64,000 nucleotides of DNA from an uncultured Pelagibacteraceae bacterium (GTDB taxonomy: Bacteria; Pseudomonadota; Alphaproteobacteria; Pelagibacterales; Pelagibacteraceae). The stretch covers positions 12,526 to 76,525 of the forward strand of contig CACDZR010000004.1 in the NCBI GenBank assembly GCA_902557235.1, given 5' to 3'. The position numbers and the translations under genes were made by a program. Shown piece after piece: positions 34,885 to 45,150 of this stretch. The notes under the pieces are model-generated. The model had not been told where the DNA came from and made no database searches. It saw only the letters and a list, made by a program, of their open reading frames with translations. The first letter of the stretch is position 1, and each line of letters opens with the position of its first letter.

Positions 34885-36356
34885 GTAAAAAAGATTCAGA
34901 ATATTTGATCAATCGAAAAGATAATCAATATGAGGTAGTAATTGGTTTAGAAGTTCATGCTCAAGTTTTATCTGAGTCTAAATTATTTTCTACTTCAGCA
35001 ACCAAATTTGGAGCAGAACCTAATACACAGGTTAGTTTAGTTGATGCTGCATTTCCAGGAATGTTACCAGTAATAAACGAATTTTGTGTCAAACAAGCAA
35101 TTAAAACTGGCATTGGCCTTAACGCAAAAATTAATAAACGTTCAGTATTTGATAGAAAAAATTATTTTTATGCTGATTTACCTCAAGGATATCAAATATC
35201 ACAATTTAAAGATCCTATAGTAGGTGAGGGTAAAGTTATTTTGGATATGCCTAATGGTCAAAAAGAAGTTGGTATAGAAAGATTACACCTAGAACAAGAT
35301 GCTGGAAAAAGTATACATGATCTTGACCCACAAAATACCTTTGTTGATTTAAACAGATCAGGGGTAGCTTTAATGGAAATAGTGAGCAAGCCTGATCTAA
35401 GATCCCCTGATGAGGTTAATGCTTACATTAAAAAATTACGATCTATAATGAGATATTTAGGAACTTGTGATGGAAATATGCAAGAGGGCTCTTTAAGAGC
35501 TGATGTGAACGTTTCTGTAAGACCAAAAGGCTCAAAGGAATTTGGTACTCGATGTGAAATTAAAAATGTTAATTCAATTAAGTTTATGCAAATGGCAATA
35601 GAATATGAGGCTAATAGGCAAGTTGATTTAATAGAAGAGGGCAAAACTATTGATCAAGAAACAAGGCTTTTTGATACGAAGAAAAATGAGACAAGGTCAA
35701 TGAGATCAAAAGAAGACGCTCATGATTATAGATATTTTCCGGACCCTGATTTATTACCTTTGGAGGTTTCGGAAAAATTTATTGAAGAACTTAAAAATGA
35801 TATTCCAGAACTTCCAGATGATAAAAAGAAAAGATTTATTGAAGAGTTTAAATTGTCTTCTTATGAAGCCAATATTTTAGTGTCTGATATTGATACTGCA
35901 AAATACTTTGAAGAGGTTGTAGCTAAAATGGGTAAAAACAAAGATATTAAGTTGGCAGTCAATTGGATTACAGGAGAACTATTTGCTATTTTAAATAGCA
36001 AAGGTTTAGAAATTTCTCAAAGTCCAGTGAGTGCTAAGAATTTCGCTATTTTGATAAATCTTATTAAGAATGGAACTATCTCAGGAAAGATAGCAAAAAC
36101 TGTTTTTGAATTGATGATAGATGGTGATAAAGATCCTCAAAAGATTGTGGAGGAAAAAGGATTAAAACAACAAAGTGATCCAAAAGCTTTAGAGGCATTA
36201 ATTGACAAAATAATTAATGATAATAGAGAAAAAGCCATTGAATACAAACAAGGTAAAGAAAAATTATTTGGTTTTTTTGTTGGTCAAGCAATGAAGGCAT
36301 CAGGTGGAAAAGCTAACCCTCAATTAATAAATGAGATCCTAAAGAAAAAATTATAA
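34881..36356 (+). CDS. gatB: Asp/Glu-tRNA amidotransferase subunit B
   Basis: [24 protein letters not shown] and [10 protein letters not shown] motifs. Confidence 0.99.
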   Translation: MSKKDSEYLINRKDNQYEVVIGLEVHAQVLSESKLFSTSATKFGAEPNTQVSLVDAAFPGMLPVINEFCVKQAIKTGIGLNAKINKRSVFDRKNYFYADLPQGYQISQFKDPIVGEGKVILDMPNGQKEVGIERLHLEQDAGKSIHDLDPQNTFVDLNRSGVALMEIVSKPDLRSPDEVNAYIKKLRSIMRYLGTCDGNMQEGSLRADVNVSVRPKGSKEFGTRCEIKNVNSIKFMQMAIEYEANRQVDLIEEGKTIDQETRLFDTKKNETRSMRSKEDAHDYRYFPDPDLLPLEVSEKFIEELKNDIPELPDDKKKRFIEEFKLSSYEANILVSDIDTAKYFEEVVAKMGKNKDIKLAVNWITGELFAILNSKGLEISQSPVSAKNFAILINLIKNGTISGKIAKTVFELMIDGDKDPQKIVEEKGLKQQSDPKALEALIDKIINDNREKAIEYKQGKEKLFGFFVGQAMKASGGKANPQLINEILKKKL

Positions 36357-36360
36357 GGTT

Positions 36361-37011
36361 ATGGGTTCAGACCTTAATATCACAAAACATTTACAAGATT
36401 ATATTCTAAAGAATGGTTTGAAATTACATCCAATTCAAAAAGAAATAATAGATTACAACCTATCACTTGGTGATTCAAAAAGAATGCAAATATCTATTTC
36501 TCAATGTCAATTTCTACATTTGATTATTAAAGTTTCTAAAATTAAAAAAGTCCTAGAGATAGGAACTTTTACAGGTTTAAGTACATTATCCATGGCATTA
36601 GCCTTACCAGATGAAGGCAGTATAATTGCATTAGATAAAAATGTGGAAACAACCAAAGTTGCACAAAGCTTTTTTAAAAAGGCCAACCAAAATCATAAGA
36701 TTAAAACAATGATTAAACCAGCTTTAGAAACTTTAATGAGTATAAGAAATGAAAAATTTGACTTAGTCTTTATAGATGCAGATAAAATGAATTATAAAAA
36801 ATATTATGAAATTTCTTTAGATTTATTGAATAAAGAGGGTTTAGTAATAATCGATAATGTATTATGGCATGGGGAAGTTGTTAACAAAGATATAAATGAC
36901 AAAATTACAAAAAGTATAAGAGATTTGAATGATTTTATCTCTAAGGATACAAGAATTGAAAAGGTCATGGTACCTTTTGGTGATGGAATGACTGTTTGTA
37001 GGAAGATTTAA
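36361..37011 (+). CDS. Cation-dependent SAM O-methyltransferase (CCoAOMT/TrmR family)
   Basis: LEIGTFTGLS, FIDADK, IDNVLWHG and GDG motifs. Confidence 0.9.
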   Translation: MGSDLNITKHLQDYILKNGLKLHPIQKEIIDYNLSLGDSKRMQISISQCQFLHLIIKVSKIKKVLEIGTFTGLSTLSMALALPDEGSIIALDKNVETTKVAQSFFKKANQNHKIKTMIKPALETLMSIRNEKFDLVFIDADKMNYKKYYEISLDLLNKEGLVIIDNVLWHGEVVNKDINDKITKSIRDLNDFISKDTRIEKVMVPFGDGMTVCRKI

Positions 37012-37919
37012 TGTTTACTGTATTTGGTTTTTATAAATTTCAAAAAATAAATGATTTAAAAAAAAATCAAAAAATATTGAGTAATCTTTTAACTGATAAA
37101 AATATAAATGGATCAATTATCATATCTAAAGAGGGTTTAAATGGATCTATTTCTGGAATGAATAAAGATATTAAAACTACAATTATTAGATTAAAAAAAA
37201 TTTTGAATATTAAAGAATTTGATAGTGTCAATAATTCAATAAGTAGATTTAAACCTTTTCATAAACCTAAAGTGAAAATTAAAAGCGAAGTTGTTCCAAT
37301 GGATCTTAAAATCTCGAATAGGATCGCAAAAAAGAATACTCATATTGATCCAACAAAATGGAATAAATTAATTAAAAAAAAAGAAACTCTTTTATTAGAT
37401 GCAAGAAAACCTTTTGAACATAAAGTTGGTTCTTTTAAAAAATCAGTAAATCCAAATATAAGTAATTTTAGAGATTTCCCTAAATACTTAAAAAAGTTAA
37501 AAAAAGATCAGCCAATAGCAATGTTTTGTACTGGTGGAATTAGGTGTGAAAAAGCCTCTGTATTTTTAGAAAGAAAAGGTTTTAAAAATATTTATCAATT
37601 AAAGGGTGGAATTTTGAATTACTTAAAAAAAATCAAACCAAAAAAAAGTTTATGGAAAGGCGAGTGTTTTGTATTCGACAACAGAGTAAGTTTAAAACAC
37701 GGGTTAGTACAAGGAACCTATTCAATTTGTGGTGGATGTAGACAACCAATCTCGATTAAAGATAAAAAATCTAAAAAATATGAGGAGGGTGTAACTTGTC
37801 CTAATTGTTTTGATAAACTCTCAAAAAACCAAAAATCTCGTTTCAGAATGAGACAAAGTCAGATATACAAAGCAAAACTATCAGGAAAAAAATATAATTT
37901 TCAAAAAGAATTTAACTAA
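37011..37919 (+). CDS. trhO: Rhodanese-domain O2-dependent tRNA U34 hydroxylase (TrhO/YceA family)
   Basis: EGLNGS, FCTGGIRCEKAS, LKGGILNY and WKGECFVFDNRV motifs; C-terminal CxxC pair. Confidence 0.88.
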   Translation: MFTVFGFYKFQKINDLKKNQKILSNLLTDKNINGSIIISKEGLNGSISGMNKDIKTTIIRLKKILNIKEFDSVNNSISRFKPFHKPKVKIKSEVVPMDLKISNRIAKKNTHIDPTKWNKLIKKKETLLLDARKPFEHKVGSFKKSVNPNISNFRDFPKYLKKLKKDQPIAMFCTGGIRCEKASVFLERKGFKNIYQLKGGILNYLKKIKPKKSLWKGECFVFDNRVSLKHGLVQGTYSICGGCRQPISIKDKKSKKYEEGVTCPNCFDKLSKNQKSRFRMRQSQIYKAKLSGKKYNFQKEFN

Positions 37920-37927
37920 GGATTTAT

Positions 37928-39298
37928 TTGTCACAATCTTTCAAATTAACTAAAGATCCAATATGGTTTTTATTGAGAAAAGTTACTATTCCAGCAAGTG
38001 TTGGTTCATTATTTCAAACCTTTTACAATCTAGTAGACACATGGTTCGCAGGAAGAATATCTGCTGAAGCAATAGCAGCGATCGCAAAATCTTTTCCAAT
38101 TTATTTTACTATTATTGCAATAGGTGTTGGATTGACTGCTGGAACAAATACTTTAATAGGTAATAATTTAGGTGCTAACAATAAGAGGAAGGCATCGCTA
38201 TTTGTTGCTCAATCAATTATTTTTGCAATCTTTTTATCCATACTAGTTACTTTTTTTGGTTTGAATGTTTCAGATTTTTTACTTTCTCTTATGGGATCAG
38301 ACCAAGAAGCAATTATATTAACTAGAAAGTATCTAGATGTTATTTTTTATGGAACCATAATTGTTTTGATACAAATTTCTTTAAATGGAACACTAAATGC
38401 ACAAGGTGATACAAAAAGTTATAGAAATGTTTTAATTTTTAGTTTCTTTTTAAATATTATTCTAAATCCATTATTTATTTTTGGTTATGGTTTTATTCCA
38501 GCTTTCGGTATAGCTGGACTTGCAATAGCTACCGTTGTGGCTCAGTTTATTGGTCTTTTATACTTGGCATATAAAGTTTATTGTTGTGAATTAAAACAAT
38601 ATCTTAAGCCCGAATGTTTTATTCCAAAATTTGATCTTCTTGGGGAACTCTTGTATCAGACGATTCCTGTGATGTTTAGCATGTTGTTGATTGGTGTTGG
38701 TTTGTTCAACATCCTTTATTTCATTGGTCAATTTGGAGACTTAGCTACTGCTGGTTATGGTGCTGCTTTAAGAATTGAACAAGTTTTTCTACTTCCTGTA
38801 ATTGGATTAAATACAGCGGTATTATCAATTGGGGGACAAAATTTTGGTGCAAAAAATTATGATAGGTTGAGAGAATTGTATAGAAAAGCTCTAATGTTTG
38901 GATCATCTTTTATGATCTGTGCAGGAATAATAATATTCTTAGGTGCAGATTTTTTAGTTTCATTATTTACTGATAACCAAGAGGCAATAAAGCATGGTGC
39001 GATATATCTAAAAGTTGCTGCATTAATTGGCCCAATTTATCCTGTTTTTTTTATAACCACAGCAGTGTTCCAAGCAGTAAAAAAACCATTGTACAGTCTT
39101 TATCTAAGTATTTTAAGATTAACAGCTCTTCCATTTTTAAGTTTATGGTATGTAATAAATATTAAAGGAGGAGATTATGAGGATATTTTTTATACAATTT
39201 TAGTAACAAATTGGTTTATGGGAATTGCAGTTCTAATGTTTATTGGGTATTTTTTAAATAATGTTTTCAAACAAAATAAAAGTCTTTTTACTTACTAG
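37928..39298 (+). CDS. MATE family efflux transporter (TTG start)
   Basis: About 12 hydrophobic segments; YNLVDTWF, GDTK, NIILNPLFI and GQNFGAK motifs. Confidence 0.92.
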   Translation: MSQSFKLTKDPIWFLLRKVTIPASVGSLFQTFYNLVDTWFAGRISAEAIAAIAKSFPIYFTIIAIGVGLTAGTNTLIGNNLGANNKRKASLFVAQSIIFAIFLSILVTFFGLNVSDFLLSLMGSDQEAIILTRKYLDVIFYGTIIVLIQISLNGTLNAQGDTKSYRNVLIFSFFLNIILNPLFIFGYGFIPAFGIAGLAIATVVAQFIGLLYLAYKVYCCELKQYLKPECFIPKFDLLGELLYQTIPVMFSMLLIGVGLFNILYFIGQFGDLATAGYGAALRIEQVFLLPVIGLNTAVLSIGGQNFGAKNYDRLRELYRKALMFGSSFMICAGIIIFLGADFLVSLFTDNQEAIKHGAIYLKVAALIGPIYPVFFITTAVFQAVKKPLYSLYLSILRLTALPFLSLWYVINIKGGDYEDIFYTILVTNWFMGIAVLMFIGYFLNNVFKQNKSLFTY

Positions 39299-39740
39299 TA
39301 TTTGTTTAATATTTTTTTTTGCAACTTATCTAGATCTTAACTCTAACAAAGTAAAAGTTATTGATGGAGACACTATTCATTTAAACAAGGAAAAAATTCG
39401 TTTTAGCGGTATTGATACACCTGAAATTAAACAAGTATGCAATAGGAATGGAGAGGATATAGAATGTGGAGTAGAAGCAAAAAAATTGCTTGCTGATAAA
39501 ATAAGTAACAATAAGGTAAAATGTGTTAAAGAAGGTGTAGATAGATATAAGAGAATTTTAGCTGAATGTTTTGTAAATAATCAAAGTTTATCCAAGTATC
39601 TCGTTCGAGAAGGTTATGCTTTTGCCTACAGGAAATATTCGTTAAAATTTATTGAAGATGAGAATTATGCTAAAAAAAATAAAAATGGTATGTGGGGCAT
39701 GACCTTTGAATATCCTTGGGACTACAGAAAAAAAAATTAA
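39261..39740 (+). CDS. Thermonuclease (SNase-like) with N-terminal signal/TM segment
   Basis: VIDGDT, IRFSGIDTPE, DRYKRILA and AKKNKNGMW motifs. Confidence 0.9.
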   Translation: MFSNKIKVFLLTSICLIFFFATYLDLNSNKVKVIDGDTIHLNKEKIRFSGIDTPEIKQVCNRNGEDIECGVEAKKLLADKISNNKVKCVKEGVDRYKRILAECFVNNQSLSKYLVREGYAFAYRKYSLKFIEDENYAKKNKNGMWGMTFEYPWDYRKKN

Positions 39741-40468
39741 TCTTTCTGTAATTTTTTTTCTAATCTTCTAACGAGATAAGATACAATCAATATTAAGACT
39801 AAATATTCTAGAATTAAAAATGTATATATTTCCAACGGTCTATAGGTTGTCACAACTAATTCATTTGCTTTTCTTGTCAAATCCCCAATGCCAATTATCG
39901 ATACAAGAGAGGACATTTTAAGCACATATACAAATTGATTACCAATAGCTGGTAAGATATTTTTTATTGCCTGAGGTAGAATTACTAATCTTAATTTTCT
40001 AAAAAAACTTAATCCTAAAGAGCTTCCAGCCTCCCATTGTGATTTTTTTATTGAATTAATTCCCGCTCTAAATATTTCTGCTTGGAAAGCACTTTCGCTT
40101 ATTGACAGTGCTATGATTCCAGAAACAAATGGACTAAAACTTATACCGGTCATTATTGGTAATCCATAATAAATCCATAAAATTAAAACTAGTAAAGGAA
40201 TTGCTCTTACAATTTCAACATAGCCAATATTTAGGTAGGTTAAGAATTTACTTTTAGCCAGTGATGGAATAGCAACTAAAAGACCAAGAATAATTGAAAT
40301 AATGATTGAGACTATACTAATATAAATAGTAGTAGTTAAACCACTTAATAAAAACTTTAGATTAGTTAACCCCTCAATATTATTTGGTGATAAGATTAGC
40401 CAGTTTAATTCACTTTTACCACATGAAGTTAATGGGAAAATTAGAATTAATAAAAGTAGATTTTTCAC
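39737..40468 (-). CDS. Polar amino acid ABC transporter permease with N-terminal lipobox (GTG start)
   Basis: YVEIVRAIPLLV, AEIFRAGI, EAA loop QWEAGSSLGL and LPQA; N-terminus MKNLLLLILIFPLTSC. Confidence 0.92.
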   Translation of the reverse strand: MKNLLLLILIFPLTSCGKSELNWLILSPNNIEGLTNLKFLLSGLTTTIYISIVSIIISIILGLLVAIPSLAKSKFLTYLNIGYVEIVRAIPLLVLILWIYYGLPIMTGISFSPFVSGIIALSISESAFQAEIFRAGINSIKKSQWEAGSSLGLSFFRKLRLVILPQAIKNILPAIGNQFVYVLKMSSLVSIIGIGDLTRKANELVVTTYRPLEIYTFLILEYLVLILIVSYLVRRLEKKLQKD

Positions 40469-40508
40469 TCTTTAACTTATAAAGAATAAAAAATTAATTA
40501 CTAATTTT

Positions 40509-41276
40509 TTATAAGCTCTTTAAATTATATTTAGCTAATAACTTTGTGAAGAAGCCTGAAGATTTTTTGTCTTTAATCCATTTATTGACATAATCATTCC
40601 ACTTAGTGTCACCTTTTGGTACCATCATTGCTAAAAATGCTGGATTTTTTCCACCATCTGGAACGATTGCCAACTGAGGATATTTAATGACCAATTTATT
40701 TGCCTCTGTTGAACTTGTAATATTACCATCAGCTCTACCTGCTAAAACTTCTTGGAAGTCTCTTGCTGGTGCTTCTACTGAATTTAGTTTTGATTTTGGG
40801 AAAAATTCTTTTGCTTTCTCTTCTTGAGAAGTACCAAGAGTAGTTGCAATTGTTACATTTGAATTATTAAGCGAGTCCCAAGTTGGAAATTTTTTTAAGT
40901 TCTTTTTGAGAACAAGTGGCACTGTAGCATATTTGTAATAGGTGTCAGTAAAACCAGCTACTTCAGCTCTCTTTGGCGTTTTTGTAACACTAGTTGAGAT
41001 ATCATATCTTGCAGATGTTATTCCTGAAACAATAGTTTTCCATTCTGCAGGTACAAACTCAATTTTTACACCCATGTCTTTGGCTAATTGATTCATTACA
41101 TCGATATCGAAACCTTTATATTTGTTGGTTGCAGGATCTTTGACTGTCATAGGATCCCAGTCTCCAGTAGTACCAACTTTAAGTACTCCAGAAGATAAAA
41201 TTTTATCTAAATTAGATTCTGCGTTAAGAGAAAAGGGTAAAAGAGCAAATAATGCTACTAAGAATAATTTTTTCAT
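40509..41276 (-). CDS. Family 3 solute-binding protein, cyclohexadienyl-dehydratase-like
   Basis: Signal peptide; [18 protein letters not shown] and [13 protein letters not shown] motifs resemble the PheC/CDT clade. Confidence 0.85.
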   Translation of the reverse strand: MKKLFLVALFALLPFSLNAESNLDKILSSGVLKVGTTGDWDPMTVKDPATNKYKGFDIDVMNQLAKDMGVKIEFVPAEWKTIVSGITSARYDISTSVTKTPKRAEVAGFTDTYYKYATVPLVLKKNLKKFPTWDSLNNSNVTIATTLGTSQEEKAKEFFPKSKLNSVEAPARDFQEVLAGRADGNITSSTEANKLVIKYPQLAIVPDGGKNPAFLAMMVPKGDTKWNDYVNKWIKDKKSSGFFTKLLAKYNLKSL

Positions 41277-41311
41277 ATTTTTTATTTAACTTATTTGAGA
41301 TCTAAATGTGA

Positions 41312-41875
41312 CTATAATCTTGACGCACTATCATTCATCCATGAGAATAAATGCTCAGAAAATGAGCGTCTTACAAACAAATTCACCTCATTTTTATTAT
41401 GATTATGAATAATCACATCTATTTTTGCGAGAATGGTTTGGGTTACTGAGCCAATTTTGTCCTGAAAATCATTAAAATTAAAAGGAGACCCTGTTCGAAA
41501 TAAATCATAAATTTTATCTCCTTTAAGGTTAATCCTCACAAATTGATCTGTGACATCAACAACAGCTCCTAAATTTAATTTAGATATGTTTTTATTTAAA
41601 AGTGTTTCGATGTCATATGTGTTTGTATTTTCTTTAACAACACCATTTGAAAAAATCATCCATTCATCAGGGCTTAACCATAAGGCAGTCAATTTTTCAC
41701 TTTGAGTAGAAGTATTTGCTTTTGTAGGTAGAACCATATTTAAAGATTTACCAATTGCTGATAAAAATTCTCTTTTTTTACCTCTTACTATCAACTTCAT
41801 GACAGGCTTAACTTCGTTCATTTGTAGACCTTGATATGATTTTTCTTCTTTAATAGTATGATTATAATTTAGCAT
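41312..41875 (-). CDS. soxG: Sarcosine oxidase-like subunit gamma
   Basis: LWLSPDEW, VVDVTD and VRRSFSEHL; follows soxA. Confidence 0.9.
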   Translation of the reverse strand: MLNYNHTIKEEKSYQGLQMNEVKPVMKLIVRGKKREFLSAIGKSLNMVLPTKANTSTQSEKLTALWLSPDEWMIFSNGVVKENTNTYDIETLLNKNISKLNLGAVVDVTDQFVRINLKGDKIYDLFRTGSPFNFNDFQDKIGSVTQTILAKIDVIIHNHNKNEVNLFVRRSFSEHLFSWMNDSASRL

Positions 41876-44873
41876 TTAATCTTTCACCCTCTTTATCTAA
41901 AAAAACTGGATCAGCTACAGTTACATTAATATTCTTATTTTCCATTGGTATAATTAATTTTTGTCCCAACATATTTTTTCCACCTTTAACAACACCTAAT
42001 GCGATCGACTTTTTTAAATTTGGGCTGTAATAACTTGAGGTTACATGGCCAAGCATTTCAATAGGTGATTTTTTTATATCAGCAACTATTTGTGCACCTT
42101 CCTCCAAAACTTCCTCGGGATTTTCTGTCAATAAACCAACTAATTGTTTCCTATCTTCTCTAATAGTATCAGATCTATATAATGATCTTTTTCCTATAAA
42201 ATCATATTTCTTTTTACTTACTATCCAATCCATTTGTAAATCAATTGGTGTCATTGTTGCATCTGTGTCTTGACCAACTATTATAAAACCTTTTTCCGCT
42301 CTTAATAGGTGCATCGTTTCAGTTCCATAAGGTGTAATATTAAAATCTTTACCAGCTTCCATACATTTTTCCCAAACAGATTTACCATAGTTTGCTTGAA
42401 TATTAATTTCATAACTATGTTCTCCAGTAAAACTAATCCTCATTACTCTACATTTAATGTTGTCTATTTTTGCATTTTTAAATGACATATGCGGAAACTT
42501 TTCATCAGAAAGATCTAAATCAGGAATAACTTTTGAAACGATTTTTTTACTATTAGGACCACACACACTTATTGTAGCATAATGATCAGTTACAGATGAT
42601 AAATAGACATCTAATTCAGGCCATTCTGTCTGGAGATAATCTTCAAGTTTTCCTAACACATTAGCAGCACCACCAGTTGTAGTCGTCATAATATAATGAT
42701 TTTCACCCAATCTAGTTGTAACGCCATCATCATAAACCATTCCATCTTCATTTAGCATTAAACCATAACGACATTTACCTACAGCTAGTTTTGACCAAGC
42801 GTTAGTATAAACACGGTTTAAAAATTCTGAGGCATCAGTACCTTGAATATCAATCTTTCCTAATGTAGACGCATCTAGAATACCCGCTGAATCTCTAGCA
42901 GCTTTACTTTCTCTTTGTACTGCTTGATGCATATTTTCATTATCCTTTGGATAGTACCAAGCTCTTTTCCATTGACCAACGTTTTCAAATTCAGCGTGGT
43001 TTGCAACATGCCAATCATGTATCGGAGTACGTCTGAATATATCAAAAAATTCTCCCACATTTCTTCCAACAATAGTTCCAAAAGTAAGTGGTGTATAAGG
43101 AGGTCTAAAAGTTGTAGTTCCGTGTTCACCCATTTTAGTTCCTGCTGTTTCTGAGATAATTCCAAGAGCATGCATATTACCAAGTTTACCCTGATCAGTA
43201 CCCATACCAGTAGTGGTGTATCTTTTTACATGTTCTATAGATCTAAACCCTTCTCTTAGAGCTAATTTGATATCTTTTGCAGTTGCATCATTTTGATAAT
43301 CAACAAAAGATTTGGTTTTTCCTATGGATTTGTCAGATGGTAATAACCAAATATTTCTCTTTGATTGATTTAAACCTGAGATTGTTTCAACAGTTTTGTA
43401 TTCAGAATTATCAATATCAAGAAACTTTTTAATAGAAGACAAGGTATTCTTTATTATCTCCTCTAAACCAAAGTCTCCATTACAAGATCCAATACTTATT
43501 TGATCTGAAGGATAAACATTAGGTATAAATATTTGGTCTTCTTCTCTAAATTTTAATTTACCTCCTGATTGTGTAAACAAGTGTACTGCTGGGGTCCAAC
43601 CACCAGATACACCTAAACAATCACAATTCAACTTTGTTTTGTCACCAATGACTGTTTGACCATCTTTTGATAGTTTCATGATGGATATTTTATTAATTCT
43701 TTTATATCCGTAAGTATCAACGACAGTATAACCTTTATAAATTTCAATATTATTTTTCTCAACTTCGTATGAAATTTTAGAGTCAATCTGCTCTCTATTA
43801 TCAATTATTGCATTAATCTTAATTCCTCTTTGAATTAAGCTCATGGCCGTTTCATATGCGGTATCGTTATTGGTAAAAAGAATATTATTTTCACCACAAG
43901 CTACACCATATAAATCAATATATTTTTTAATTGCTGAAGATAACAGTATCCCTGGACGATCATTATTATCAAATATTAAAGGTCTTTCGATTGAACCAGT
44001 TGCTGTGATTACTTTTTTAGCTCTAATTTTTAATAATCTTTGTCTTACTTTATTTTCTCTTTGATTAATCGGTAAATGATCAGTGAGATTTTCACGGGCC
44101 AATAAAAAGTTGTATCCATGAAATGCTGCAACACTAGTTCTTATTTTTATTTCTAAATTTTCTAATTTAGATATTTCGTTGATTTCTTTTTCTAACCATG
44201 AACTTGTTATTTGATTATTAATCTTTGAAAATTCTGAGTTATCATAAATAGAAGATCCCCCCAAATAAGATTTTTCATCAACTAAAAGAGTTTTAAAACC
44301 ATTTTTAGCTGCCATTTTAGATGCAATTATTCCTGATATACCTGCTCCGATAACTAAAACATCACAATGAATATATTTATGTTCATATATGTCTGGATCA
44401 GCTACTTTAGGTGATTTACCTAAACCCGCAGATTTTCTAATAAAGTATTCATACTTTTCCCAGAAACTTGCAGGCCACATAAAAGTTTTATAATAAAAAC
44501 CTGCGGGCAAAATAGGGGATAGTAGATTATTAATTCCACCAACATCAAAGTTAACGCTAGGCCAACAATTTTGACTTGAGGCAACCAAACCTTCATAAAT
44601 TTCAACTTCTGTAGCCCTTACATTGGGTTCAGTCCTTGAGGAATTATCATGTAATTGAATAATTGCATTAGGCTCTTCAGAACCAGATGTCATAATTCCA
44701 CGAGGTCTATGATATTTGAAACTTCTTCCTACAAGATGAATACCATTTGCTAATAAAGCTGATGCTAGAGTATCACCTTTAAAACCAAAATAAGTTTTGT
44801 TATTAAACTTAAAAGAAATTCGATAAGTCTCATCGATAAATTTGCTTGTTTTAAATCTCAAATTATTTGACAT
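41862..44873 (-). CDS. soxA: Sarcosine oxidase-like subunit alpha
   Basis: GDTLASALLANG, RSFKYHRPRG, GFYYKTFMWP, KRYTTTGMGTDQGK; C-terminal GcvT-like folate domain. Confidence 0.95.
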   Translation of the reverse strand: MSNNLRFKTSKFIDETYRISFKFNNKTYFGFKGDTLASALLANGIHLVGRSFKYHRPRGIMTSGSEEPNAIIQLHDNSSRTEPNVRATEVEIYEGLVASSQNCWPSVNFDVGGINNLLSPILPAGFYYKTFMWPASFWEKYEYFIRKSAGLGKSPKVADPDIYEHKYIHCDVLVIGAGISGIIASKMAAKNGFKTLLVDEKSYLGGSSIYDNSEFSKINNQITSSWLEKEINEISKLENLEIKIRTSVAAFHGYNFLLARENLTDHLPINQRENKVRQRLLKIRAKKVITATGSIERPLIFDNNDRPGILLSSAIKKYIDLYGVACGENNILFTNNDTAYETAMSLIQRGIKINAIIDNREQIDSKISYEVEKNNIEIYKGYTVVDTYGYKRINKISIMKLSKDGQTVIGDKTKLNCDCLGVSGGWTPAVHLFTQSGGKLKFREEDQIFIPNVYPSDQISIGSCNGDFGLEEIIKNTLSSIKKFLDIDNSEYKTVETISGLNQSKRNIWLLPSDKSIGKTKSFVDYQNDATAKDIKLALREGFRSIEHVKRYTTTGMGTDQGKLGNMHALGIISETAGTKMGEHGTTTFRPPYTPLTFGTIVGRNVGEFFDIFRRTPIHDWHVANHAEFENVGQWKRAWYYPKDNENMHQAVQRESKAARDSAGILDASTLGKIDIQGTDASEFLNRVYTNAWSKLAVGKCRYGLMLNEDGMVYDDGVTTRLGENHYIMTTTTGGAANVLGKLEDYLQTEWPELDVYLSSVTDHYATISVCGPNSKKIVSKVIPDLDLSDEKFPHMSFKNAKIDNIKCRVMRISFTGEHSYEINIQANYGKSVWEKCMEAGKDFNITPYGTETMHLLRAEKGFIIVGQDTDATMTPIDLQMDWIVSKKKYDFIGKRSLYRSDTIREDRKQLVGLLTENPEEVLEEGAQIVADIKKSPIEMLGHVTSSYYSPNLKKSIALGVVKGGKNMLGQKLIIPMENKNINVTVADPVFLDKEGERLNAKL

Positions 44874-44874
44874 T

Positions 44875-45150
44875 TTATTCTACTGGTGGTTTTTCACCCA
44901 TTTTATAAACAGCTTTTATTTGGTCGTTTGAAGTATCTCTAACCATATTGAACCATTTTCTACAACCATGAACATGATTCCATCTTTCAAACTGAACTCC
45001 TTTAATATTTTTTCTCATGAACAAATATTCTGCCCATTCATCATCGCTTAGTTCAGTGGGTTGTTTTGGTCTTACTATGTGAGCTTCACCACCAGCTTTA
45101 AATTCGCTTTGTTCTCTCTCACCACAAAAAGGACAATTAATTAAAAACAT
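44875..45150 (-). CDS. soxD: Sarcosine oxidase-like subunit delta
   Basis: CPFCGER...EF...GEAH; HVHGCRKWFN Zn-binding motif. Confidence 0.95.
   Translation of the reverse strand: MFLINCPFCGEREQSEFKAGGEAHIVRPKQPTELSDDEWAEYLFMRKNIKGVQFERWNHVHGCRKWFNMVRDTSNDQIKAVYKMGEKPPVE

Noticed and set aside
40487-40510. AAAAAATTA-ATTAC-TAATTTTTT hairpin between SBP and permease as a terminator
   Set aside because: A/T-only stem, too weak and too likely by chance to call.
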